Assembly (NCBI GenBank): GCA_041645165.1
Contig: JBAZQN010000001.1
Span: 117,971 to 181,970, forward strand
From: Patescibacteria group bacterium
GTDB lineage: Bacteria; Patescibacteriota; Patescibacteriia; 2-02-FULL-49-11
Length of the DNA stretch: 64,000 nt
Direction: 5' to 3'
This document shows positions 1-8,018 of the stretch, one piece after another. The position numbers and the translations under genes were made by a program. Position 1 is the first letter of the stretch; every line of letters begins with the position of its first letter. A model generated the notes under the pieces. It had not been told where the DNA came from and made no database searches. It saw nothing but the letters and a program-made list of their open reading frames with translations.

Positions 1-2
1 GA

Positions 3-356
3 AGCGAACCATTGCCGATTCACGGCGACGGTCTGCAGACAAGGAGCTTCTGTTATGTGAGCGATATTATGAAAGGACTTCAGGCGCTCGCGGAGAAAGG
101 AATAGGGAAAGGGCCGATAAATATCGGCAATCCCGATGAGCGCACCATTCTTTCCATCGCAGAATTAGTTCGCGCAAAAGTGAATCCTCACGCAGCCTTC
201 ACGCACATACCGCGCGTCGAAAACGACCCCCAGCGCAGATGCCCGGACATCACCAAAGCAAAGACCCTTCTCGGCTGGGAGCCAAAGGTAAGTTTTGAGG
301 AAGGAGTGGATAGGACGATTGAGTGGGTGAAAGAATTAATTAAAAATCAAGCATAA
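3..356 (+). CDS. NAD-dependent epimerase/dehydratase (UDP-glucuronate decarboxylase-like), C-terminal part; 5' end outside window
   Basis: GDGLQTRSFCYVSD, INIGNPDE, DPQRRCPDITKAK..LGWEPKV motifs typical of Uxs-like SDRs. Confidence 0.85.
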   Translation, partial: SEPLPIHGDGLQTRSFCYVSDIMKGLQALAEKGIGKGPINIGNPDERTILSIAELVRAKVNPHAAFTHIPRVENDPQRRCPDITKAKTLLGWEPKVSFEEGVDRTIEWVKELIKNQA

Positions 357-413
357 ATAGTAGCTAATTGTTCGTTCGTATAACATACCAAAAGTAGTCA
401 TTTATACGCCAAC

Positions 414-442
414 AGTTCGTATAATAACTAGTTATGTAAAAT
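414..442 (+). other. attI/dif-like recombination site at head of cassette array
   Basis: AGTTCGTATAA-TAACTAG-TTATGTAAAAT; G/TT core at 431-433; GTTCGTATAA also occurs upstream at 374-383. Confidence 0.6.
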
Positions 443-549
443 AGCCAGAAATTTCTTTATTACTTTTAAGATTTTTTTGGCAATTTATTTCGGGTCGAAC
501 ATAGCTTATGATATGATTTAATCAGTTTAAGTAACTAACCAATACAATT

Positions 550-1128
550 ATGAACAGAAAAAATGTAATCACGATCCTAATCGTCGTAGTCGTTGTGCTT
601 GCTGGCACGACAATATACTTTACAATGACAAAAAATGCGGGTCAGCAACCAATCACAAATCAAACTACACAGCCTAATAGCAACGCAACTGCAACAATCC
701 CCACTGGTTGGAAAGTTTACCAAAATAAGAATTTTAAATTTGAATTTGCCTATCCTCAAAATTGGAATATAGGCGACTTAACTGCTACCACTAATAATTT
801 ATTAACGCTGGGTATGGGAGTTCCTGGTCTTGGCGATGACACCGCTTGGATTAATGTTGTATCTGAAAATGGTTTAGCTAAAGCGATAGATTTACATGTC
901 CAAAATTACGTCGAGGGAACAAAGATTGAAAAAGAACAAATATTTACACTCGACGGCATTGAAGGCAAGCTTATTTACTTGAATATAGGTGGGAATAGTC
1001 CTGATTTGGATAGATGGGTTTTTGTTAAGTATGATTCAAAGGTATACAATATTGGCATTACTTATGATGTCACACCATACGATGAAGAGTTCAATCAAAT
1101 CCTCTCGACATTTAAGTTCATAAAATAA
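550..1128 (+). CDS. Cassette 1: membrane-anchored PsbP-like-domain surface protein
   Basis: N-terminal TM helix, T/Q-rich linker, WKVYQNKNFKFEFAYPQNW...FNQILSTFKF motif. Confidence 0.7.
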   Translation: MNRKNVITILIVVVVVLAGTTIYFTMTKNAGQQPITNQTTQPNSNATATIPTGWKVYQNKNFKFEFAYPQNWNIGDLTATTNNLLTLGMGVPGLGDDTAWINVVSENGLAKAIDLHVQNYVEGTKIEKEQIFTLDGIEGKLIYLNIGGNSPDLDRWVFVKYDSKVYNIGITYDVTPYDEEFNQILSTFKFIK

Positions 1129-1166
1129 ATTGCAAAAAATAAGGTAAAGAAATTTCTGGCTACATC

Positions 1167-1294
1167 ACATAACAGCGTGTATGCGGCGACAGCTTGCTCC
1201 GTACCTCCGCAAGCCTCCGCCCATATTTGCTGGCGGTGAATCGCTTCGCGATATTATACAGCCAGCAAACATCGCATACACGCGAACGTTATAC
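1167..1294 (+). repeat. att site 1 (attC-like)
   Basis: ACATAAC-A-GCGTGTATGCG ... CGCATACACGC-GAAC-GTTATAC. Confidence 0.8.
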
Positions 1295-1401
1295 GCCATA
1301 ATAAAAAGCCTCAAATACAATTAATTAATAACTTTGGCAATTTATTTTTTAGGCGGGTCGAGATAACTTGTTTTAATATAATAATTAACTGAAACAAAAT
1401 T

Positions 1402-2055
1402 ATGAACAACAAAACAGAAACTACACTTATTATCATTAGTTTTATTCTCGTAGTTGCAAGTTTATTTTTGGCACCCTTGCTTTTTGGCATTATAGCAATC
1501 ATACTTTGTGTTGTCGCCTTGGTTAAAAACAGTAAAACCAACACTCTTTCAAATGGCAAAAAATGGTTAGCTTATATTTCTATAATATTAGCAATTATTA
1601 GCATGGCTTATGCTGTTCTAATAGTTAAAAACCAAGTTACTGGTCTTATTGATAATGCCAAACAAGAGCTTGATACGGCAGCTGTAAAATCACGTGATGC
1701 CAAAAGAATTGCCGACGCAAGAATATTAAATACCACCATTCAAATTTACGCCCTTGATACTGAAAAACTTCCTATCGCTAAAGACGAAAAAAATAATTTT
1801 CGACCGTTTAAACTGATAAAGGGATCGCCAGATTTTACTTCTCTTGAATCTGAAATAAAAGGTAACGATTCCTCGCAGTATATTACTGCCGATCCATCAG
1901 ACCCGGAAAGATATTATGAATACTTTAGTGACGGTAAAATCTATACTATCAAGGCCTATCTCGAACAAACGAATGTGGAGAACTGCAAAGAAGTAAAATC
2001 TGGCTATTGCGAATTCGAAATAAAAGGAGACTTGGCATCGGCACTAGGAGAATAA
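1402..2055 (+). CDS. Cassette 2: membrane protein with pilin-like C-terminal domain
   Basis: N-terminal TM helices followed by KSRDAKRIADARIL pilin-helix motif and a C-terminal Cys pair. Confidence 0.6.
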   Translation: MNNKTETTLIIISFILVVASLFLAPLLFGIIAIILCVVALVKNSKTNTLSNGKKWLAYISIILAIISMAYAVLIVKNQVTGLIDNAKQELDTAAVKSRDAKRIADARILNTTIQIYALDTEKLPIAKDEKNNFRPFKLIKGSPDFTSLESEIKGNDSSQYITADPSDPERYYEYFSDGKIYTIKAYLEQTNVENCKEVKSGYCEFEIKGDLASALGE

Positions 2056-2103
2056 ATTGCCAAAATTATTTTACATTAAGGAATAGAGGCTTTTTATGAC
2101 GGC

Positions 2104-2234
2104 GTATAACACGGGATAAGCGGTTCAGGGCAAATGCGATTTATTACTTACATTAATGAGTTGCATTTGCCCCTCACCCAAATTTTTACTACGTTTCACT
2201 CCGTAAAAACTTCGCTTATCCCGATACGTTATAT
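2104..2234 (+). repeat. att site 2 (attC-like)
   Basis: GTATAAC-A-CGGGATAAGCG ... CGCTTATCCCG-ATAC-GTTATAT. Confidence 0.8.
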
Positions 2235-2296
2235 GAAATAATCAAAATCTCTCTTATATTTTATTAAAAGATTTTTGGCAAATTATTTTTAACAAT

Positions 2297-2989
2297 ATGG
2301 AAAAAATTGAAAATCAACGGCCCTTTAATATACCAATAGAAAAAGGCATTAAAGGTGAAACCAAACAACTATACAAGTTTGTTGACAATGATAATTATGT
2401 AGTAAGATTTGCTCCCCTTCGATCATCGTCGAGAGATATTTCCACATCTGAACTTAGCCCAGAGGAAGCGGCCGATATGGGTATAAAACTATTTCGAGAA
2501 TTAAGAGATGGTTACAATCTTATAGTACCGGCCCAATTTGTTCGAGGAAAATGGAAGCAATATACCGAAGGAACATACACAATAGTTAACCGAATTGAAG
2601 GTAAAAGTCTTGAAGATATGTATTTTGATAGTCGCTCTGATTGTCTTGTCTCTAAACTTGATGATTTGTTTGAGTCACTCTTGATGTATGTAAATGATAA
2701 ATTTCATTCGGAAGATTATTTTTTATGGGATATATTTCGAAAGGAACAATATGTGTGGGGCAAGAAGATCGAAGATAATCGAGACCAAGGCGAACAAAAC
2801 AAAGATGAAGAGGATATATATTTGACTGATGTTGATATATTTGCTTTTCGTAAATCTAAACATATGCTTTATGCTGGGTTTCAAAATCTCCTTAACAATA
2901 TTAACACAATGGAACAAAGGTTGGATACTAAATTCGAAAAAACTAGGAAAAAACTCTCTGAAATTAGCAGTTTATTCCCAAGGATATAA
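2297..2989 (+). CDS. Cassette 3: hypothetical protein, possible kinase-like fold
   Basis: 230-aa ORF; IEGKSLED, WDIFRKEQYV and IYLTDVD segments loosely resemble kinase subdomains. Confidence 0.5.
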   Translation: MEKIENQRPFNIPIEKGIKGETKQLYKFVDNDNYVVRFAPLRSSSRDISTSELSPEEAADMGIKLFRELRDGYNLIVPAQFVRGKWKQYTEGTYTIVNRIEGKSLEDMYFDSRSDCLVSKLDDLFESLLMYVNDKFHSEDYFLWDIFRKEQYVWGKKIEDNRDQGEQNKDEEDIYLTDVDIFAFRKSKHMLYAGFQNLLNNINTMEQRLDTKFEKTRKKLSEISSLFPRI

Positions 2990-3070
2990 AATTTTTTTTA
3001 GATAAATCACCCCATTAATAAAATAATTTGCCAAAAAGAATAATAAGGTAGAGAGATTTTTGATTACATC

Positions 3071-3265
3071 ACATAACACGGGATGAGCGGTTCTGGGCTG
3101 GCGCGATTTGTTTAATAATAATGAGTGCGCCAGCCCCTCACCCATATTCGCTTCCCTTTGGTTTTAAGTTCATCAACTATTGGTGAATTTAAAACGATTA
3201 AGAAGCAAAAACAATTTAACCAACCAAATCGGGAAGCGAACATCGCTTATCCCGAAACGTTATGC
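3071..3265 (+). repeat. att site 3 (attC-like)
   Basis: ACATAAC-A-CGGGATGAGCG ... CGCTTATCCCG-AAAC-GTTATGC. Confidence 0.8.
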
Positions 3266-3291
3266 AAAATAATAAAAACACCCTTAATAAC

Positions 3292-3915
3292 ATGACTTAC
3301 GCAAAAACTCAGATATTTTATGTTCATGGAGGAAATACGTTTAGAAACAAACGTGAATATTTGCATTTTTTAAAGATACGAAATCCGTCTATTGAAAAAA
3401 AGTTCGCATGGAACGATAATTATCTTGATGACAAGATAGGCAAACAATTTCATATCATTAGACCCCGCATGCCTCGGCAAGATGGTGCAACATTCGCTGA
3501 ATGGGCGATACATTTTGAACGGTTTTTCCCGAAGCTAAAAAATAACTTAATTCTCATCGACCAGTCTCTTGGCGGCATATTTTTAGCCAAGTACTTGTCC
3601 GAGCATAAATTTCCGAAAAAGATACTGGCTGCTTATCTAGTGTGCCCGCCGTTTGATAACACCTTGCCATCAGAAACACTGGCTGGCGGCTTCAAACTCA
3701 AATTAGACTTATCGCTTCTTGAAAAAAATTGCAAAAAGTTGACCTTGATATTTTCCAAAAACGATGAGGTAGTGCCAGTGTCTCATGCCAAAAAATATGC
3801 CGCCAAGTTAAAAAATGCAAATATTCTCGTCTATAAGCACATTAAAGGTCATTTTCAAATATCTGAGTTTCCAGAGATTGTAGCAATGATTAAGTCTGAT
3901 ATTCGGAAACGGTAG
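3292..3915 (+). CDS. Cassette 4: RBBP9/YdeN-family alpha/beta hydrolase
   Basis: FYVHGG, SLGG nucleophile elbow (DQSLGG), SKNDEVVP, GHF; start moved to 3292 because ATG 3262 lies in the att core. Confidence 0.8.
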   Translation: MTYAKTQIFYVHGGNTFRNKREYLHFLKIRNPSIEKKFAWNDNYLDDKIGKQFHIIRPRMPRQDGATFAEWAIHFERFFPKLKNNLILIDQSLGGIFLAKYLSEHKFPKKILAAYLVCPPFDNTLPSETLAGGFKLKLDLSLLEKNCKKLTLIFSKNDEVVPVSHAKKYAAKLKNANILVYKHIKGHFQISEFPEIVAMIKSDIRKR

Positions 3916-3931
3916 GTGTTTTTATTACATC

Positions 3932-4131
3932 GCACAACACCGAGTATGCGGCTCAAAAGTTTTGCCTTATTGGAAACTAAATTAAGGAACGCAAAACCTT
4001 TTCGACCCAAATTCGCTTTTCTCTGTTAGGTGGTAATCTAAGGAAAAGTGCGATAAAATAGTATTAAGATAATTCAAATAATTAACCAATAAATCCGAAA
4101 AGCAAACTTCGCATACTCGGAAACGTTAGAC
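3932..4131 (+). repeat. att site 4 (attC-like)
   Basis: GCACAAC-A-CCGAGTATGCG ... CGCATACTCGG-AAAC-GTTAGAC. Confidence 0.8.
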
Positions 4132-4193
4132 GAAATTGAAAAATGGCAATTTTCGGAAGATTTATATAATTCTTCAACCAAAATTTAACAAAT

Positions 4194-4982
4194 ATGTTCC
4201 AACTCTTTTTATTCATACTAATGGGTGTTGCGGCTGCTTCAATTGTAACCGGCTGGCAAGGATACAAGGACTCTCCTTGGGAAAATTTTGTATTTCGTAA
4301 ATTTGTAAGAAGTTATCTCGTCGCTTCAGTGGCTGGATTAGTGTTTTATTATCTAGATAATTTCAAAATATTAAGTTTTGATAATTTAGGGGTGCTACTT
4401 CTTACGATTCTTAGTGTTGAAAGGGCTACTGGCGAAGTGTATAAAGGGTTCATCAGAAAACAATCTCATCCAGAATATGTCAAGCTTTTTGAGAGATTAC
4501 ATATTCAATTTAAATCCCCTGCAATTAGAGTCATTACAGGAATTTTATTTGCAGCTGTCCTTACTGGAGTAGTCCTCATTTTACTAACTCAGTTTATCTC
4601 TCGTATTCTACTGTTACCTAGTATCACGGCAGGATTAATTGTTGGATTAATTGGCGGGACGCTAAGTGCGGCTGGCGGGGCTATAAAGGATTCTCAATTT
4701 GAGGGTTTCAGGTTTAAAAAATTTATACGCAGCCCTATTGTCGGTATGCTTGGCGGTGTGATTCTTGTTCGTTTTACCAACAATCCACTTTTGTTATTAC
4801 TAAACGTTACTGGATTTGAAAGAGTAGTAGTAGAGTTATACAAGACTTTTATTAAACGACAAGTGCGAGGCATTTTTGAAAGTCAAGAACCTAACTATTT
4901 ATATTGGTTGAAGAATAGATGGATTTTTATTGTTTTATACGGTATTGGCGTATCTATACTAACCATATCCTTCTTTGCATAA
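4194..4982 (+). CDS. Cassette 5: integral membrane protein with internal duplication
   Basis: Hydrophobic; KDSPWENFVFRKFVRS / KDSQFEGFRFKKFIRS and ERATGEVYKGFI / ERVVVELYKTFI repeats. Confidence 0.7.
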   Translation: MFQLFLFILMGVAAASIVTGWQGYKDSPWENFVFRKFVRSYLVASVAGLVFYYLDNFKILSFDNLGVLLLTILSVERATGEVYKGFIRKQSHPEYVKLFERLHIQFKSPAIRVITGILFAAVLTGVVLILLTQFISRILLLPSITAGLIVGLIGGTLSAAGGAIKDSQFEGFRFKKFIRSPIVGMLGGVILVRFTNNPLLLLLNVTGFERVVVELYKTFIKRQVRGIFESQEPNYLYWLKNRWIFIVLYGIGVSILTISFFA

Positions 4983-5062
4983 TAATAGAAGCAGAACAGA
5001 AAATTGCCATTTTTCAACTCAAGGGGACGCTGCGCTTTCGTTCCCGTTGGTCGCTCACCCTC

Positions 5063-5146
5063 GCCTAACAGCGGATATGAGGTTCGGCTCTTGCAGAGCC
5101 TCAACACAAATTGCTTCGCAACTTCTCATATCCGCATACGTTATAT
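5063..5146 (+). repeat. att site 5 (attC-like, shortest)
   Basis: GCCTAAC-A-GCGGATATGAG ... CTCATATCCGC-ATAC-GTTATAT. Confidence 0.8.
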
Positions 5147-5209
5147 TCAGTTTTATTTCTGCCCTCTAGAATAGATAAATTTATATTTTCTTTTCTCTAA
5201 GCCGATCAT

Positions 5210-5731
5210 ATGAAGTCATACATAGTAAAAAAATCTAAAATTCATGGTAACGGATTATTCGCTAATAAAAATTTCAAGAAAGGCGAACTAATTTTTGGTG
5301 TTGATATATCAAAATTACCGAAACTTGAACCGAACGCTAAGCTTTCTGAAGAAGAAGATCTTCATGTTGATTATGCAGGACTGGGAAAATACATTGTTGG
5401 TACTCGCCCTTATGCGTATATAAACCACTCTTGCGATCCAAATGTTTTGGTAAAGCATGAGACCATTGCAAGAAGTAAATTTTTTACCATGAGAGATATT
5501 AAAAAAGGAGAGCAATTCACTTATGATTATGGTGTTAATGCAATGGATCAAATTGACAAAGAATTATGGAGTACAAAATGCAAGTGTGGTTCAAAGAATT
5601 GCAGAGGCACATTATCAACATGCTTTTTGAAGCAGCCGATTGAGATACAAAGAAAATATTACAAATATCTTCCTCAATCATTGAAAAGAAAATATAAAAA
5701 TAAATTCTTAAAGTTACGGGGGCAAAAATAA
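5210..5731 (+). CDS. Cassette 6: SET-domain protein-lysine methyltransferase
   Basis: SKIHGNGLFA, YINHSCDPN, GEQFTYDYG, post-SET CKCGSKNCRG. Confidence 0.92.
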   Translation: MKSYIVKKSKIHGNGLFANKNFKKGELIFGVDISKLPKLEPNAKLSEEEDLHVDYAGLGKYIVGTRPYAYINHSCDPNVLVKHETIARSKFFTMRDIKKGEQFTYDYGVNAMDQIDKELWSTKCKCGSKNCRGTLSTCFLKQPIEIQRKYYKYLPQSLKRKYKNKFLKLRGQK

Positions 5732-5783
5732 AACTCTGAAATTTTCCTTTGGAACGTTGCACTAAAATTCTGTCCTGCGGAGA

Positions 5784-5872
5784 ATATAACACGCATTAAC
5801 CAACTCCGCTCGGTTGCGCCTCGCTCCGTCCAAATCAGCTTCGCCGACTTCGGTTAATGCGATACGTTATAT
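5784..5872 (+). repeat. att site 6 (attC-like)
   Basis: ATATAAC-A-CGCATTAACC ... GGTTAATGCG-ATAC-GTTATAT. Confidence 0.75.
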
Positions 5873-5899
5873 GAAATATTTTTAATCGGTTTCTAAAAT

Positions 5900-6412
5900 A
5901 TGCATCTACTTATTAGGAAATTACAAAACCACGACGCAGAAATAATTTCTTCTGCCTTTAATGAAATCAGGTGGAATAAGCCAGCTTCACAATATAAACA
6001 TTATTTTACTGAACAAAAAGTCGGGAAGCGATTAGTGTTGGTGGCTTTTGTAAATAAAAAATTTGTTGGCTATTTAACTATTGTTTGGAAGTCAAATTAT
6101 CCACCATTCAAAAATGGTAACATTCCTGAAGTAGTAGACTTAAATGTATTGCCAAAATATCAACGACAAAAAATTGGCACTAAACTAATGGACGAGGCAG
6201 AAAAAATTATATCTAAAAAATCCAAAGTTGTGGGTATCGGAGTTGGTCTAGCACCCGGATATAATGCGGCACAACGAATGTATGTGCGTCGTGGTTTTAT
6301 ACCTGATGGACTGGGGGTTGAATATAATGAGAAGTCAGTTAAATATGGCCAAAAAATAGTTGTTGATGATAGTCTAACTTTACATTTTACAAAACGATTG
6401 AATAACCGATAA
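5900..6412 (+). CDS. Cassette 7: GNAT-family N-acetyltransferase
   Basis: VLPKYQRQKIGTKLM acetyl-CoA motif, AQRMYVRRGF. Confidence 0.9.
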   Translation: MHLLIRKLQNHDAEIISSAFNEIRWNKPASQYKHYFTEQKVGKRLVLVAFVNKKFVGYLTIVWKSNYPPFKNGNIPEVVDLNVLPKYQRQKIGTKLMDEAEKIISKKSKVVGIGVGLAPGYNAAQRMYVRRGFIPDGLGVEYNEKSVKYGQKIVVDDSLTLHFTKRLNNR

Positions 6413-6422
6413 AAAATACCTC

Positions 6423-6617
6423 ATATAACAAAGAGTATACGGTTCAGGATTTTTTCATCTATAATATTAATAAGGAGTAAAAAATTTCTTCACTCAAATT
6501 CGTTTTTTTTAGTCCATGCAAATAACAAGATATGTGCATCAAAATAGTTCATTTTAAATAACAAAGTTAATCAATTAAAGTCGGAAAATAAACTTCGTTT
6601 ACTGCGATAGGTTAAGT
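6423..6617 (+). repeat. att site 7 (degenerate)
   Basis: ATATAAC-A-AAGAGTATACG-GTTC ... CTCAAATT ... ACTT-CGTTTACTGCG-ATAG-GTTAAGT; stem poorly paired. Confidence 0.65.
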
Positions 6618-6637
6618 GAAATAAAATACAGGCAATT

Positions 6638-7027
6638 ATGAACAAAACCCAAGCACTTAAATTACTTTTAATTTTAGGCGCGCTATATTATCTCGTAGGA
6701 GCGACCGTTCACTTTTTCGGTCTTACTCTTTTTCCGTTTTATGACGGTGTGCTTTATCAGCCGTATCATGATACCGTTATAGCTTTAGTCGCGATAGTTC
6801 TCAGTCTTCTCTTGTTATCTATTGCCAGAGACCCGGTAAAAAATGTTGATTCACTCAATGTAATTATAATCGGCGGGATTATTGCCATTATATTCAGCAT
6901 TGGAATTATTTTGAAAATAGATTTTGTTCAGCTTGGTGCGCCAGGGAAAAGAAATCAAACGATAGTTGAAATGATTCTACTGATAATTTATGTTAGTTCA
7001 TTAATATATCTTAAGCCCAAAAAGTGA
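6638..7027 (+). CDS. Cassette 8: small 4-TM membrane protein
   Basis: Four hydrophobic segments; follows att site 7; no downstream att site seen. Confidence 0.7.
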   Translation: MNKTQALKLLLILGALYYLVGATVHFFGLTLFPFYDGVLYQPYHDTVIALVAIVLSLLLLSIARDPVKNVDSLNVIIIGGIIAIIFSIGIILKIDFVQLGAPGKRNQTIVEMILLIIYVSSLIYLKPKK

Positions 7028-7032
7028 ATTAA

Positions 7033-7965
7033 GTGGATATTTTAAAAAATCGTGTTATGGGTAATAAAAGTTTAAAAATGAACATTTCACTGACTGATTT
7101 TTATCTTTTGCATAGCGACAAGTTATATGGCGACCCTCTATTTAAAAAGCAAATTATAGGTCATCAGCGATTTTTGAAATTTGACAATATATTAAGTGAA
7201 AGAGCGGTATTTGACAAAATCCTCATTCAGTTTCTTGAAGAGGCAGAATTAACCCTATCCCTCATAAATGATTTGGATCTCACCGGAAAGGATGTTTTAG
7301 AGATTGGGGGAGGGCTCGGATTCGTATATGGATATCTTCAGAAAGCAGGTATCAATATATATGGAATAGAGCCCTCAGATTCAGGTTTTGACGGATATTT
7401 TAATGCCGCGATGCAATTATTCAAAATAATAGATGTTGATGAATCACATTTTTATCCATTTTCAGCAAAAGAATGTATAAAATTAAACAAGCAATTTGAC
7501 ATCATATTCTCAAATAATGTCCTGGAGCACATCCCAGAGCTCGATGAGTCCTTTTCAGCCATGAAGAGCGTCCTTGATCCTTATGGATTGATGGTGCATA
7601 ACACGGTGAATTATCTTATACCGTATGAGCCGCATTTTAAGATGATGCTTTTCCCTTTTTATCCAAAACTCACCGTGCTTTTCAAGCCAAGCCTAAGGAG
7701 CTCATCTCTTTGGAACGGCCTGAACTTTATTACCACTGGTAAATTGAAACGTATATGCAAAATTAAAAATCTCAGTATTGAGTTTAAAAAAGATGCATTG
7801 TACAATACCTTATTAAGATTGGAGAACGATCCGATGTTTGCGCAGAGGCAAAAATATTTCATCCCGCTATATAGAGTTTTGAAATTTACAGGTTTAATGA
7901 AAATTCTTGTTAAAATTCCCATAGCCCTCACCACCCCTATTACTTTCACAATAAGAAGAAAATAA
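7033..7965 (+). CDS. Class I SAM-dependent methyltransferase
   Basis: VLEIGGGLG, FDIIFSNNVLEHI. Confidence 0.85.
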   Translation: MDILKNRVMGNKSLKMNISLTDFYLLHSDKLYGDPLFKKQIIGHQRFLKFDNILSERAVFDKILIQFLEEAELTLSLINDLDLTGKDVLEIGGGLGFVYGYLQKAGINIYGIEPSDSGFDGYFNAAMQLFKIIDVDESHFYPFSAKECIKLNKQFDIIFSNNVLEHIPELDESFSAMKSVLDPYGLMVHNTVNYLIPYEPHFKMMLFPFYPKLTVLFKPSLRSSSLWNGLNFITTGKLKRICKIKNLSIEFKKDALYNTLLRLENDPMFAQRQKYFIPLYRVLKFTGLMKILVKIPIALTTPITFTIRRK

Positions 7966-8018
7966 ATTCCAATATATTCATTAATGATACCAAATTTTAA
8001 ACTCTCACTTCTCTCGCC

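Larger units (their letters stand above)
432..7027 (+). mobile_element. Integron-like gene cassette array (7 complete cassettes plus a terminal 8th), no integrase in window
   Basis: Co-oriented unrelated AT-rich single ORFs separated by seven AAC...GTT palindromic sites; cassettes 432-1288, 1289-2228, 2229-3259, 3260-4125, 4126-5140, 5141-5866, 5867-6611, 6612-? Confidence 0.85.

Noticed and set aside
3262-3291. ORF start at 3262
   Set aside because: ATG lies within the GTTATGC att core and leader repeat; 3292 is more plausible.
432-6617. CRISPR array or toxin-antitoxin array as explanation for the repeated intergenic sites
   Set aside because: Repeats are not identical, spacers are whole genes, and there are no cas genes or TA pairs.
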